This document shows, piece by piece, positions 27,338 through 40,408 of a stretch of 64,000 nt of DNA. Both the position numbers and the translations under genes were made by a program. Source of the DNA: Octopus sinensis. Taxonomy: Eukaryota. The stretch is from positions 112,530,001 to 112,594,000 of the forward strand of contig NC_043001.1 of NCBI RefSeq assembly GCF_006345805.1, given 5' to 3'. The notes under the pieces are model-generated. The model did no database searches. It was not told the DNA's origin and saw only the letters and a list, made by a program, of their open reading frames with translations. How positions within the stretch are numbered: the stretch's first letter is position 1; each line of letters starts with the position of its first letter.

Positions 27338-30112
27338 TGATTGATTGATTGATTGATTGATTCTAGTTTCAGCTTATGAGCTGTGGCCATGCTGGGGCAC
27401 CGCCATTTGGTGTTGCTACTTGGTTTCACTTCATGGAGGCTTTCTAGCAACTGCTATTTGGTGCATGAGAGAGTTCGATGCAGCGGCCCTCATCTGCCCC
27501 TCCTGCCGTGAAGTTGGTTCATCTGGGACACCTGACAGGAAGAGATCCAGCTTCATTTTTAAGACATCTGTATCCACCCCATCAGGTCTCTCAGGTTCTT
27601 CGGAGGATATTGAAGAGCTGTGGGCCTCGGAAGCCCAGGCTATCACAGAATCTTGTCCTACATCTTGATGGCAGGTTGGAGTCCTAGGCACCACGCATGG
27701 CGCCCAGTTCTGGCATTTGCGTAACTCTCGATGCCAAAGTTCAGGACACTTCCCTCCAGGATCTTCCAGATGTATATTATGGCATATCTTTCCCGCCTAC
27801 GCTCCAGAAATATAATTTTAATCTCTTGAGTCTTTCCCAGTAGCTTACATTCTGCATAGAGGCTATCTTCTTTGTGTAGCTTCATTGGATCGCCTCAGTT
27901 CTGTGATCAACTTGACACTGGATGGTGACCATAGCTGAGAGCAATAGTCAAAGTGGCTTAGGACAAGTGTCTTCCAGAGGACCATCATGGTTTTTTTGTT
28001 CTTTGTTCTAAAGGTTCTAAGAATCCATCCAGCCAGCCGTCTACATTTCATTGTCAGTTTAGCAACATGTACATGAAAGGTCGCGTCATCACTCATGTGA
28101 ATACCCAGGTCACGCACTGATTGTGCCTCTTGGATTGCAAGCCCTCCGGGTCCAGTGTATTCATTGGGTATTGCATTCATTTTGCATGCTGATAGTATAA
28201 AGCTTGAAACTTTCCAGCATTGAACTGCAATGCTATTCTTTTCAGCCCACTTGTATATTTCGTCCACTCACATTGCAGGTGTTTAGTGTCCTCAGGGTTC
28301 TGTATTGCCTGTGAAACTTTTGTATCATCTGCATAACTTGTGATCGTGGCTCTCTGCGTGGCTGAGGGCATGTCTGAGAGGGCCATTATGAACAGTAGTG
28401 GTCCCAGAACAGTGCCCTGCGGAACACCGCTCACTATTGTTGTGTTAATGGAGGTGGCCCCATTGGCTACTACCACCTGACTTCTTATCCTTCAGAAAGT
28501 CATGAAGCCATTCTCCCATTTTCCAACTATTTTGAGATTCCGCAGTTTGTGACATATATTCCATGATCGACTTTATCAAAGGCCTTTGCAAAGTCGAGAT
28601 ATATCACTTCCCACATTTGAGTGTTTGAGCAGCCGTTTCAGCACCCAGTCCATAGTGTTGTAGGAGCTGAGTAAACAGCTTCTCCTGGTCGGAAACCATG
28701 TTGGGTGTCGGGCACCAAGTCATTCTCTTCAAGGAAGGTGATCAGCTTTCCTTCTGACTATTCGTTCCATGACCTTGCTGATGTGTGAGGTCAGAGAGAT
28801 AGGTCTATAGTTTCTTGGCTTCCGCTCTGCTACCTCCTTTATGAATGGGGCATATTTTACCTTCCTTCAGTTTCTTCTGGAGTTTGCCAGCTGCAAGGAA
28901 GCTCTGAAAGAGGAACTGCAGTGGTCTTGCAGGACTCTCTTACATGCTTTTAGGAGGATTGCCGGGAATCCATCGGGGCCAGTAGCTGAGTCTGTTTTCA
29001 TTTCATCTATAGCCTTGGTTACATCGTCTTCCTTTATATCGATGTAATCTTATCGTCGCCGCCTCTGATTTTATATCTGCAGTGGTAAAAAAGTCAGTTG
29101 GATTGGTGATTTGGAGATGCCCAGGGGTGGAGTGAAAACACTCTTGAATTGCTCATTCAGTATTTCACTTACCCTCATTGGTTTTCCTGTAAGTGTGCCA
29201 TCCTTTTCGAGGAGTGGCCCTATTCTACAGTGCACTGTAGCTGTTCTCTTTGGCATACCTGTAGAAAGCTCTGGGGTTAGATTTTATGTTTTCTATAGCC
29301 CAGGCTTCTTTGTCTGCTCTTTCTTTTTCATGGGAGAGTTGCAGACATTTTTCGATTTCAACAGTTTTATTTTAAGGCGGGACTTTTCACTGCTTTCAAT
29401 CTGTTTGTTTAGGCGATTTGAAAATTTCGTACGCCGTCTCATTAAAATTTCCCTCTCTCTGGGGATTTTGTTCTTGTGTACAGTGGCCTTTCTCTCTGGG
29501 ACACATTTGTAGCATATGGCTTGCATTACAGACATGAATGTTGAAGTTTCACGTCGATGTCTGGCGAGGAGAGACATTTAGGCCAGTTTTGTTTGAGGAT
29601 CTCTTTCTCAATTTGTTTCCAGTTTGCCTTATGGTAGTTCAACTGGAAAGATTTGAGGTTTCTTGTAGGCTGCATGTCCTTGCCTCTTTTGGCCCGTACA
29701 TGGTCAGCTCTATCATGTGTGATCCGAGAGTAGTGTCGGTGTCACTTTCACATTATGGATGAGATCCATGTCATTTGTGAAGCAGAGATCCAGTGTGTTA
29801 CCTGCCCTGGTTGGTTGGAGTATTACCTGCTCCATGTACAGGGTGTTTGATGAGGTTCAGGAGGGACCTCGCCTGTCCTCGTTCACATCTTGTCATTCCT
29901 GGGAGAGAAAGGCCCTCGGGCCATCTGACATTGGGCAGATTGAAGTCTCCCATAAGAAGCACACCTATGTGTTGTTCTCAATGTGGTTAGAATTTCTTCT
30001 ATTTTTATAAGGCAGTCTTCAAACTTGCCCACATGGCTTGGGCATCTGGTGAGGGCGATATGTAGCACACACAACTACATCAAGTTGCCTAATATGTACA
30101 ATTAGTGTGTAC
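27338..30112 (-). mobile_element. 5'-truncated CR1/Jockey-group LINE, ORF2 pseudogene (APE endonuclease C-half + RT)
   Basis: Fragments on minus: VVCATYRP, LMGDFNLP, PTRAGNTLDLCFT, SDH (APE); YRPISLTSH, QHGFR, YLDFAKAFDKV, SGVPQGTVLGPLLF, YADDTKV, LERRRERY (RT and C-terminus). Short 3' UTR and (AATC)n tail. Many frameshifts. Confidence 0.9.
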
Positions 30113-30684
30113 AATAGGCATATACATATGAAAAGACATTCATCTGCGCAGACGCTTCTAATCAGACACAAATAAATCAACATACAGATATCAAACAATA
30201 CTACGTACACACAGACACGTTTACATGCTTATAGCGCGCGCACACACAACACACACACACACACACAAACAAAAACACAAACACACACACACATACTCTT
30301 ATGCACATAAACGTACGTTTATATATAAGCGCAGGCAAATGAAAATATTAATCAAACAACCACCATTCATGATACTGCCTAGACTGCACTGAAAATTATA
30401 GTTTTCAATTCATAATTGTCATTTCGTTTATCTTTACAATCTGGAGGTATTGACGCCCTTCTCCGCCAGATGTGTTATCTGGTTCAATATCATTCAGCTT
30501 ATAGACGGAACAGATGTGTCAGACATTATTACCAATATAGCTAATTGATATTTTATCAGATCGATCTTGTAAAGATTCGAATTTCAGTTGTTTTTAATGG
30601 AGGTATTTTTTAACGCACTCACACAGACGCAAATATACATACATATGGATACATACGTATACATACATACATATTATATATATA

Positions 30685-30737
<53 letters not shown>

Positions 30738-30915
30738 ATATACATATACTATACATATACATATACATATATATATATATATGTATATATACATACATAT
30801 ATATATACATATATACATATATATATATGTATATGTGTATATATATACACACACACACATATATATATATATGATGTGTGACTTTATATCTATATGTATG
30901 TATATGTATATATAT

Positions 30916-30949
<34 letters not shown>

Positions 30950-30951
<2 letters not shown>

Positions 30952-31160
30952 CTTTATAACTAGGGTTCAGCAAAGTTAAGCTTTACCACATACCGAAGTT
31001 TAGAAATAGCAGTAAAAAAAACCTTAGCTATTTCTTCTACTTTGGTTTTCCTGGGAGTCCCTTTTTAAAGTAGAAGAAATAGCTAAGGTTTTTTTGACTG
31101 CTATTCGTAAACTTCCGTATGTGGTAAAGCAAATCTTTGTTGAACCCTAGTTATAAAGTA
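30950..31160. repeat. ~210-bp fold-back palindrome
   Basis: Arms ~30950-31042 and ~31067-31160 (TACTTTATAACTAGGGTTCA...TGAACCCTAGTTATAAAGTA) with ~25-nt spacer. Sequence is related to the 14601-15155 element. Confidence 0.85.
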
Positions 31161-31254
31161 TTACTTAAGCTTACCCTGAAATGGTCTTTTTTCATGCCGA
31201 ATTCTACTTGCTGAATTTATTGATTACTTCTTAATTAATTAATTTTACCCTTTG

Positions 31255-31292
<38 letters not shown>

Positions 31293-31344
31293 TTGTGTGC
31301 GTGTGTGCTTGCTTATGTTTGTATGTAAGCACATCTTTATCTTT

Positions 31345-31545
31345 TATCTGTTACTTGTTTTAGTGATTAGACTGCGCCCTTGCTGGTGCACGGTCCTGAA
31401 GGGTTTTAGTCGAGCTTATCAAACCCAGTGCTTATTGTCATTTTTTTTCGCAAAACCTAGTGCTTATTCTATCGGTAGGTTTTACTGAAGCGTTAAGTTA
31501 CGATGACGTAAACACACCTGCACCGGTTGACAAGTGGTGATGGTG
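31345..31545 (-). mobile_element. Degenerate 3' half of family A SINE
   Basis: ACTTGTTTTAGTGATTAGACTGCG...TACTTATTCTATCGG-like...CCGGTTGACAAG. Confidence 0.7.
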
Positions 31546-31906
31546 AGACTCGAAGAAGATAAAGCTAAAAATATTAGCGTGCAAAATATCAGGTTAAAAA
31601 AATAATTGGTCGGGGAAAATGGCGTGGGCTTTTGTGAGCATGACAGACATATAGACCTTTGAACCAAAGTGACACTTCGAATTTTCTCCAACTATTTAGG
31701 AAACTTTCTTCTCGGAGAAATGTTTATATTAATCAGAATTTAGAAACATCGCTGGAATTGAAAGAGATTATTTCCTTATGGTGGAACTCGAAGTAGATAA
31801 AGTTTAAGTAAAAGTGTGTGGAATAATGAGTCGGAAACCCCATTGGTGGAATAAAATTCGAAGGTTGCTCGTCGGTCGAACCCATACCGTCAGTACGTAT
31901 AACAGA

Positions 31907-32212
31907 TCACGTGATCACGTGACCGACCAGACCATCAGATGTTGTTACAAATCGCTGGTCACAATGCGTTCGCATTGTTTTAGCCTTCGAATGACGCCAT
32001 CCCGCTGGCTAAGCGAGCAGGCCAACAGAAGAAAGAGTGGGAGAAAGAGTGGTAAAAGAGTACAGCAGGGATCATCACCCCCTGCCGGAGCGTCGTGGAG
32101 CTTTTAGGTGTTTTCACTCAATAAACACTCACAACGTCCGGTCTGGGAATCGAAACCGCGATTCTGCGACCGCGAGTCCGCTGCCCTAACCACTAGGCCA
32201 TTGTGCCTCCAC
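31907..32212 (-). mobile_element. SINE family B2 (OR2-like), full length
   Basis: B-type tRNA head plus tail ...CATCTGATGGTCTGGTCGGTCACGTGATCACGTGA; matches 11000-11291. Confidence 0.9.
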
Positions 32213-32907
32213 ATAACAGATAGGCTGAGCATTATACCAAAGTAACACTCGCTCCAGCTGTTTAGGAGATGTTTACGTTGTTGCTTTGACATAATGATTA
32301 ACCTATCTGTCATGTTCAGATAAGACGTAGTTTCGAGTCCCGCGAGTAGCTTTCGACCTTTCTCCCATCAAATGCATACAAATACGTATTTAGTACTAAA
32401 GCCTCCGACCTAGAAAGGCAAAAGAAGTCTCTGCACAATGTTGCATTCTCCAGATCCCGTACTTAAATATCTGTTAGCGTGTATGTTTGCGTGGTTGTGT
32501 ACGTGTATATGTGTATGTATATATGAGTGTGTTTGTGTGTGTGTTTGTGCAAGCGCACGTGTGTGTGAATGTGCACGTATATTACGTAGATTTACTAGAA
32601 GACCATTTTGTTGTATCTCATAAGTACCGGTCCAACATCAGTATGCATTGCCTGGTATTGACATATATATATAATAATTAAAGTACATCTGATATAAAAT
32701 ACAACATTGGAATCAATCATTGGGATGACAGATTGCTCCTTACACACACACACACACACGCACACACACACCACACATGTACGTATGTATGCATGCATGC
32801 ATGCATATCAGCTATCTTTCTTTTCGCTGATACCAGGGATAAATTTTTGATGCCTATCTATCTATCTATTGATATATATATATATATATATATCGAAACA
32901 TAGATAG

Positions 32908-32950
<43 letters not shown>

Positions 32951-32958
32951 TAGATAGG

Positions 32959-33035
<77 letters not shown>

Positions 33036-33189
33036 GGGCTTCTGTAAATTGTCTCCGTAGAGCTTATGGAATGGAACTGTGACGCTTGGAAACTGAACCC
33101 CAAAATATATAATTGATGATACTACATAAAACTCCGAGGTCGAATAGAAAGGCTTTCGAATAGCTTAATAATGATGTCGAAGACAACGA

Positions 33190-33547
33190 CGATAAACGTG
33201 ATGATGACGATGATGATGATGATGACGATTATGATGAAGGGGGGGAGAGGGGAGAGAGAGAGAGAGGGTAAGAGGGGAGGCAGAGGAGGAGGAGAGGAAA
33301 ATGATGATGATGATGATGATGATGACGATGACGATGATGATGAAGGGGGGAGGGAGAGAGGGTAAGAGGGGAGGCAGAGGAGGAGGAGGAGAGGAAAATG
33401 ATGATGATGACGATGATGATGATGATGACGATGATGATGATGATGATGACGACGACAACGATTATGGTGAAGGGGAAGGACAGGGGAGAGAGAGAGGGTA
33501 AGAGGGGAGGCAGAGAAGGAGGAGGAGAGGAAAATGATGATGATGAC

Positions 33548-33579
<32 letters not shown>

Positions 33580-33625
33580 CGACGACGACGATGATGATGA
33601 TGATGATTATGATGATGATAATGAT
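33190..33625. repeat. Higher-order repeat: purine block + (GAT)n, three units
   Basis: GAGAGAGGGTAAGAGGGGAGGCAGA..GGAGGAGAGGAAAATGATG recurs at ~33260, ~33355 and ~33490. Confidence 0.85.
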
Positions 33626-33816
33626 GGCGATGTTGATGATCGTGATGATCATGCTGATGAATATGGTCCTGGCGATGATTATGGCGAAGCTGAAAGCAAC
33701 GCCGACGATGATCATATCTATGGCATTGCTGATTCTGCAGTCTTAAACCAACATTTAAGTGCATTTTAGAAAACATGCATACAATTATGTAGGGTTAACA
33801 AAATCTTCAAGTGCAT

Positions 33817-34188
33817 TCTTCTTCTTCTTCTTCTTCTTCTTCTTCTTCTTCTTCTTCTTCTTCTTCTTCTTCTTCTTCTATCTTCTTCTTCTTCTTCTCT
33901 TCTTCTTCTTCTTCTTACTTCTTCTTCTTCTTCTTCTTCTTTCTTCTTCTTCTCTTCTTATTCTTTCTCTCTTCTTCTTCTTCTTCTTCTTCTTCTCTTC
34001 TTCTTCTTCTTCTTCTTCTTCTTCTTCTCTACTTCTTCTTCTGATTTCTTCTTCTCTTCTTTCTTCTTTCTTCTTCTGTTCTTCTTCTTCTTCTCTTCTC
34101 TTCTTCTTCTTTCTTCTTCTTCTTCTTCTTCTTCTTGTCTCTTTCTTCTTCTTTCTTCTTCTTCTTCTTCTTCTCATTATTATTATTA

Positions 34189-34221
<33 letters not shown>

Positions 34222-34315
34222 TTATTATTATTATTTGTTATTGTGTTGTTGTTGTTGTTGTGTATTGCTGTTGCTGTTGCAGTTGTTACTATTGATATTA
34301 TTGGTATTAGTATTC

Positions 34316-34378
<63 letters not shown>
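33817..34378. repeat. (CTT)n then (ATT)n microsatellites
   Basis: Direct reading. Confidence 0.95.
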
Positions 34379-34379
<1 letters not shown>

Positions 34380-35729
34380 GATAATTTCGATCGGAATAGC
34401 GGAATAGTGATGGCAGTTGTTGCTCTCGTACACAGGCGTTACTGTCTATCTCCGATGTATCTATATCTGGAAAATACCTTCCTCCTATGCTCTTATACTC
34501 TTGTATATTCATTCCTACATCTATCTATAACATCTTATTAACGTTTTCAATTTCTGCAATGTTCCATTTTGTTTCTTATCTTCAATAATTCACCGACATA
34601 AATGGAGATGTTACGGAGAAACGGAGAAGCTAACTCAATAATCATTACATCTTGCATTTAAATATGAGTGTATTACATACATGCACGAGATATATGTGTG
34701 AGATACATGTGAATGTATGCATACATACACATACATATAAACATATATATATATATATATCTCCAAACAAACACACTCATATACTGTGAGATACTAATAA
34801 AGCGTTTGCACTAAGCTGTATGCAAGTAAATGCACTAGGACAGGTATGTGAAAGTGATGATATATGTATGTATGTACATACGCGCGCACACACACACACA
34901 CACAGAGTGAGAGAGAGAGAGACTTTCATACCTACCTGTATACAAATACGTATTTACATTACAAATATACACTTTATGCATATGTATGTATACATACATA
35001 AATATAACCACACTTATGTAGGTATGTATGTATATCTAAAAACACATACCTGCACGCAAATCACACATCCAAGTATTTGTATATATATATATATTATATA
35101 TATATATATATATATGCATGTGTGTGTGTGTGTGTGTACTCACATGCTCACAGATACACACACATAAAATATACATATACATACATACATGATACATACA
35201 TAGGCATATATATGTGTATATCTATCTGTCTATCTATTTATCTATGCATGTATGCATATATATGTGTGTATATATATATATATATATGTATGTGTGTATG
35301 TGTGTGTGTGTGTGTGTACATATATATGCAATTATATGTATATATACACGCATTAAGTTGCGTATTCATCATGTAAGTAACGAAAATGTTATATTGATAG
35401 TGCAGATAGTACTGTATCGATAATGTCAAACTTTTAGGTCTGTGAGTGGAAAGCTGGAATTTTCTGCAAATGCTGTTATGCAATAACGAGATATATATGT
35501 AATTATATTGATGTATTCCATACTTACCCTTTCAATAGATTTTATTAAATCAATCTTTTTGATGTTGCTTTTACACGATGACAGTTATTTGATTCTTCAG
35601 ATTGGGTTTTAGTTTGTATCTAAACACACACACACACACACATATGCACTCACGCGCAGGCACGCACGCAAACACATACACACACGCACACAAATGGATT
35701 TAGGAATATCGATAGTTGAATAGAAATAT

Positions 35730-36058
35730 GCGTGCCGTGGCTTAGTGGTTACGGCGTCAGGTTTGCAATCGTGAGGTTTTGAGTTCGATTCCATGGCCAT
35801 CTTGTGTGTTATGTTTTGAAGCAAGATACTTCATTTTATGTTGCTCCATTTTATTCGGCTGTTGAAATGAGCTGCGATTCACTGGTGCCAATCTCTATCG
35901 GCCTTTGCTTTTCCCTTGGACAACATCAGTGGCGTAGAGATAGGGGAGACTGGTATCCATAGGGGATTGCTGATCTTCCACAAATAAACTTGCCCAGACT
36001 TGTGTCCGGAGGGGAACGTTCTGTGTGCAATACCGTGGTCATTCGTGACCGAAGGGTG
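35730..36058 (+). mobile_element. Older tRNA/CORE-type SINE family D
   Basis: A-box GTGGCTTAGTGGTTA, B-box GAGTTCGATTCC, CORE-like TTGAAGCAAGATACTT...GTTGCTCCA. Related heads on minus at ~36255-36388 and ~37350-37650. Confidence 0.65.
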
Positions 36059-36121
36059 AGGTAGGGGTCTTTACATACACACATACGTGCGCGTGCAACC
36101 ACACTCATAAACACACTCGAT

Positions 36122-36240
36122 GTCACGTGATCACGTGACCGACCAGGCTATCAGATTTTATACATCGCTGGTCATAATGCACATTTATATTTTTTTAGCC
36201 TTCAAATGACGTCATCTCGCTGGCTAGGCGAGCTGGCCAA
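36122..36240 (-). mobile_element. Family B2 SINE 3' fragment
   Basis: TCACGTGATCACGTGACCGACCAG...CATCGCTGGTCA...TTAGCCTTC. Confidence 0.75.
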
Positions 36241-36528
36241 AATTACCCTCTGATCATAAGTGGGACTGGAGCAACGTAAAATGAAGAGTGTTTTTCACAA
36301 GAACACGAGTCGCACAGTGCTTGGAATCGAAACCACTATCTAGCGTTCGTGAGTGCAACAGCCTAACCACTAGGCTATGCCCCTTCACATATGCAATATC
36401 GTCCATGGTAATAGAATTTCGTGCCTGCTGTAAACCGTACAGACGTGCTAAAAACTTTACCAAGGTAACACCACTTCTTCAGCCATCCAGATCATAAGCT
36501 TCGACCCATCAAGATAGGATCCTTCGTA

Positions 36529-36750
36529 CCTATTTCTTTACTACCCACAAGGGGCTAAACACAGAGAGGACAAACAAGGACAGTCAAACGGATTAAGTCG
36601 ATTACATCGACCCCAGTGCATAACTGGTACTTAATTTATCGACCCCGAAAGGATGAAAGGCAAAGTCGACCTCGGCGGAACTTGAACTCAGAACGTAATA
36701 CCACTAAGCATTTTGCCCGACGTGCTAACGATTCTGCCAGCTCGCCGCCT
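36529..36750 (-). mobile_element. SINE family C with 16-bp TSD
   Basis: Family C body; TSD TAGGATCC(T/C)TCGTACC at 36515-36530 and 36750-36765. Confidence 0.9.
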
Positions 36751-37370
36751 AGGATCCCTCGTACCGGCGGCCTGATGAGTAGGATCTTAGTCCACATAGT
36801 ATCAAAGTATAGTATTATACACATGTAATATAGAAGCGGAGATAAAATGAAATGTGATATAACCTACAGGAATCGAACATCGTGAGAATAGTAAACTCTG
36901 TGGCTTGCAAAACCACGAGACTAAGGTGGTAAAGAAGAGCATACACCTTTGCCGGAGATTACATGTCTGTTAGCAATAGTTACTGACTTCCTATCATAGG
37001 CACAGTATGAAATTTCTATGATGTTTCGATGGAAGGTAGGGTTTGTTTGTTTGAGTTTATCTGCTCCAGTAGACGAAATCTAACTCTAAACTCAACTGGT
37101 ATGTGTTTGGACTAACGTGGAAGCCTTTATGTGATCGCTTGATCTGCAGCTAAATCGCCCTCAAATTACACTTTACCATCTTTTAAATGGACGCATTAGA
37201 TAATGTAATCATTGGTTTTTTTTGCATATAGGGAAAAGACGGGATGGTCACAAAATGAATGTCTGTATTTACAGTCTTCTAGATCTTGGCCGAGCGAGAG
37301 CAGAACCGGGTCATCAGTAATGCCAATGATAGATTCATATTTAATTGGGATCGTGAGTGCAGTAGCGTAA

Positions 37371-37605
37371 CCTATTTCTTTACAACCCACAAGGGGCTAA
37401 ACACAGAGAAGACAAACAAGGACAGACAAAGGGATTAAGTCGATTACATCGACCCCAGTGCGTAACTGGTACTTAATTTATCGACCCCGAAAGGATGAAA
37501 GGCAAAGTCGACCTCGGCGGAATTTGAACTCAGAACATAACGGCAGACGAAATACGGCTACGCATTTCGCCCGGTGTGCTAACGTTTCTGCCAGCTCGTC
37601 GCCTT
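37371..37605 (-). mobile_element. SINE family C inserted into a family D SINE head
   Basis: TSD AGTAGCGTAACC at 37361-37372 and 37606-37617, with a third copy at 37621-37632. Confidence 0.9.
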
Positions 37606-37663
37606 AGTAGCGTAACCACCAGTAGCGTAACCACTAAGCCACGCACCTTCACGCTCGATATAT

Positions 37664-38082
37664 AAGACGGTCTGCTGGTCCTGTCAAATCGCTAGAGTAT
37701 GGTAAGGTGCAGGAGGTTTCTTCTTGGGGTTAAAAATGGCAGTAACAACGGTTCGTATGAAACGGCCATATGTAAGTTGCGACAAACATTACCTCTCAGT
37801 ATAGTCACTACTTCCATCTCTTATAGAGACTTCCTAACTAGCTACATTGCTTGTATTTAATTGCCATCGTTGGGTTAAAAAAATTACGAAGTCCGTCTGG
37901 CAACAGAGCTTGAACTCATGACATAAGAGAAGCAACGCGGAATGTTTGCTCTTTCCTCTACTGTTTTGGAATAAACAGTAGAAGAAAGGGCAAACCATTG
38001 TTACTGCCATTTTTAACCCCAAGAAGAAACCCCCTGCACCTTACCATACTCTAGCGACTTGACAGGACCAGCAGACCGTCTT
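37664..38082. mobile_element. MITE with ~90-bp terminal inverted repeats, superfamily unassigned
   Basis: AAGACGGTCTGCTGGTCCTGTCAA...GGCAGTAACAA (37664-37750) is inverted at 37993-38082. No clear TSD. Confidence 0.8.
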
Positions 38083-38359
38083 GTTGCTTAGATTTAGTAT
38101 ATGATAAGGAATTTGTGCTCTTCTCTTTCTCTCTTTTCCCATCCCACACTCTTTCACTCTCTTTCTCTCCCCCTCTCCCCCCTCTCTCTTTTTCTCCCAG
38201 ACAGTGACAGAAATAGTGGTTTCCAATTTTAGCACAAGGCCAGCTTTTCAAAGCAAAAGTATGGAACTGTAACTTATTTTATCGCTCTTGAAACGATGGA
38301 AGGTTTAGTCGACCACAGCGGAATTTCGACCCAGAACGTAAAGAGCTGCAACTCGTCAA

Positions 38360-38689
38360 AACCGTCCTTGGAGCTTTAGTCGAATGAATCGACCATGGTA
38401 CTTATTTCTTTTTATAGACTGGTACTTATTCTATCGGTCCCTTTTTGCCGACCCGCTAAGTTACATATATATGCTAAACTGATTAGCATATTCAAGAGAA
38501 AGAAAGAATATGGAGCGAGATAGAATAAGTTTGGGGAGAATGCTAGGGTGATACAAATGACGTAAACACCACAACACTGGTTGTCAAGCGGTGATGGGGG
38601 GGACAAACAAACACACACACACGCACACACACACATATATACACCAGCGACTAACACACACACACACACACAACACACACATACACATG

Positions 38690-38727
<38 letters not shown>

Positions 38728-38875
38728 CGACGGGTTTCTTTCAGTTTCCATCTACCAAATCCACTCACAAAGCTTTGGTCGGCCCGAGGCTATAGTAGAA
38801 GACACTTGCCCAAGGTGTCATGCAGTGGAACTGAATCCGGATCCATGTGGCTGGAAAGCAAGCCTTCTACCACAC
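38360..38875 (-). mobile_element. Family A SINE interrupted by a ~95-bp insert
   Basis: Family A sequence breaks after CCGCTAAGTTAC (~38464) and resumes at GACGTAAACAC (~38559). Confidence 0.8.
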
Positions 38876-40076
38876 GCCTGGTGATGGTGATGGTGGTTTT
38901 AATCGTAATGATTGGTGGTGGTGGCGGTGGTGCTGTTGGTGCTGCTGGTGCTGGTGGTGCCGGTGGTGGTAATAATTGTGAACAACGAAGGCGTTGTTAT
39001 TGTTGTAGCAGATAGTGGTACTGTCGTCGATGGTGAACTGGTATTTGTGATATTCTTGTTCGTGTTGGTGATGGTTTTGATAAAGGTCATGGAGGTGTTG
39101 GTTGTGGTGGTCACAGTGTGGTGATGTTGCCGTTGAATGCGCTGGTGTTTTGGTAGTAATGGCAGCGTGAGGTCGTGATGTTGCTAATGGCAGAAATAAG
39201 GTCCAGTGGATGTTGGTGGCGGTGCTGTTAACGGCAGTGTATATAGAGGTATTGGCGGCGGCAGCGGTGGTGGTCACGGTGGTGGTGGTTGTGGTGGTGG
39301 TGGTGGTGGTGGTGGTGGTGGTGGTGGTGGTGGTTGGTGGTTGTAGTGCTGGTGGTGGTGGTGCTGGTGCTGGTGCTGGTGCTGGTGATGGCGGTGGTGG
39401 TGGTGTGGTGGTGGTGGAGGTGGTGATGGCGGTGGTGCTTGTAGGGATCTTTTCTATTCTGAAGCCAGTTTTTTCAAATTTTTCCTACTGAACCAAACAA
39501 TTTGAAACTTCGTATGTAATACTGGTAGAATGTGTCAAAAGTAAACTTAATTGTAACCAGAATGAAAACGGAATTGTAACTTCTAAGTTTAACGTTGTTT
39601 AATAATTAGAATTTTAACCCATGATATTCCGTCATTCGGCTTTATTTTATTTACTCCGTCTCCACCACCAATTTCGTGACGTATTAAACAATGTAAACAA
39701 GCTATAGTCAGCCACCTTCTAATAACAAAAGTTTGTCTTTGAAGTTACCGTCTAGGGGAAGCATTGATGTACATGTGTGTGTGTGTGTGTTTTGATGGGG
39801 TGGGGAGACAGTATGTTGTGTAAGTGAAGTGCTTCTGTTAGTGTGTGTGAAGAGACGAAAGAGATAATGTGTGAAAGAGAGAGATACTGAAATTTTTTAC
39901 TCGGTGTATGTGATATGCCTGAATGTATGTGTGTATGTATCTGTGTATGTGTACGTATGTATGTATGTATGGCCGATTCAATGTAATTTTTTACACATAC
40001 TTACACACACACACAGACACATACATACACACACATGCAGACATACATATACACATACACCGAGTAAAAAAATTAT

Positions 40077-40141
<65 letters not shown>

Positions 40142-40144
<3 letters not shown>

Positions 40145-40408
40145 TTTATAAAAATATGGTAAAGTAAAAAATTACTTAACCACACACCGAGCTTTTTAGA
40201 AATAGCAGCCAAAATTTCTCAACTGCAAGAAAAAGTCTCCCAGACAATGCATACTCAGAAATAATTCACATACGTAAAGAGAAAACACGAAAATCACATG
40301 GATTCTCCGATATATGTATAAAAATATGGATTCTCCGATATAATTTATAAAAATATGGTAAAGTAAAAAAATTACTTTACCACACACAAAGCTTTTTAGA
40401 AATAGCAG
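40142..40408. repeat. 199-bp unit with ~67-bp terminal direct repeat next to (TA)n
   Basis: TAATTTATAAAAATATGGTAAAGTAAAAAATTACTT..CCACACA..AGCTTTTTAGAAATAGCAG at 40142 and 40341. Related to the end of the 14601-15155 element. Confidence 0.75.

Noticed and set aside
36776-36800. CTGATGAG hammerhead core-like 8-mer
   Set aside because: No downstream GAAA or helices.
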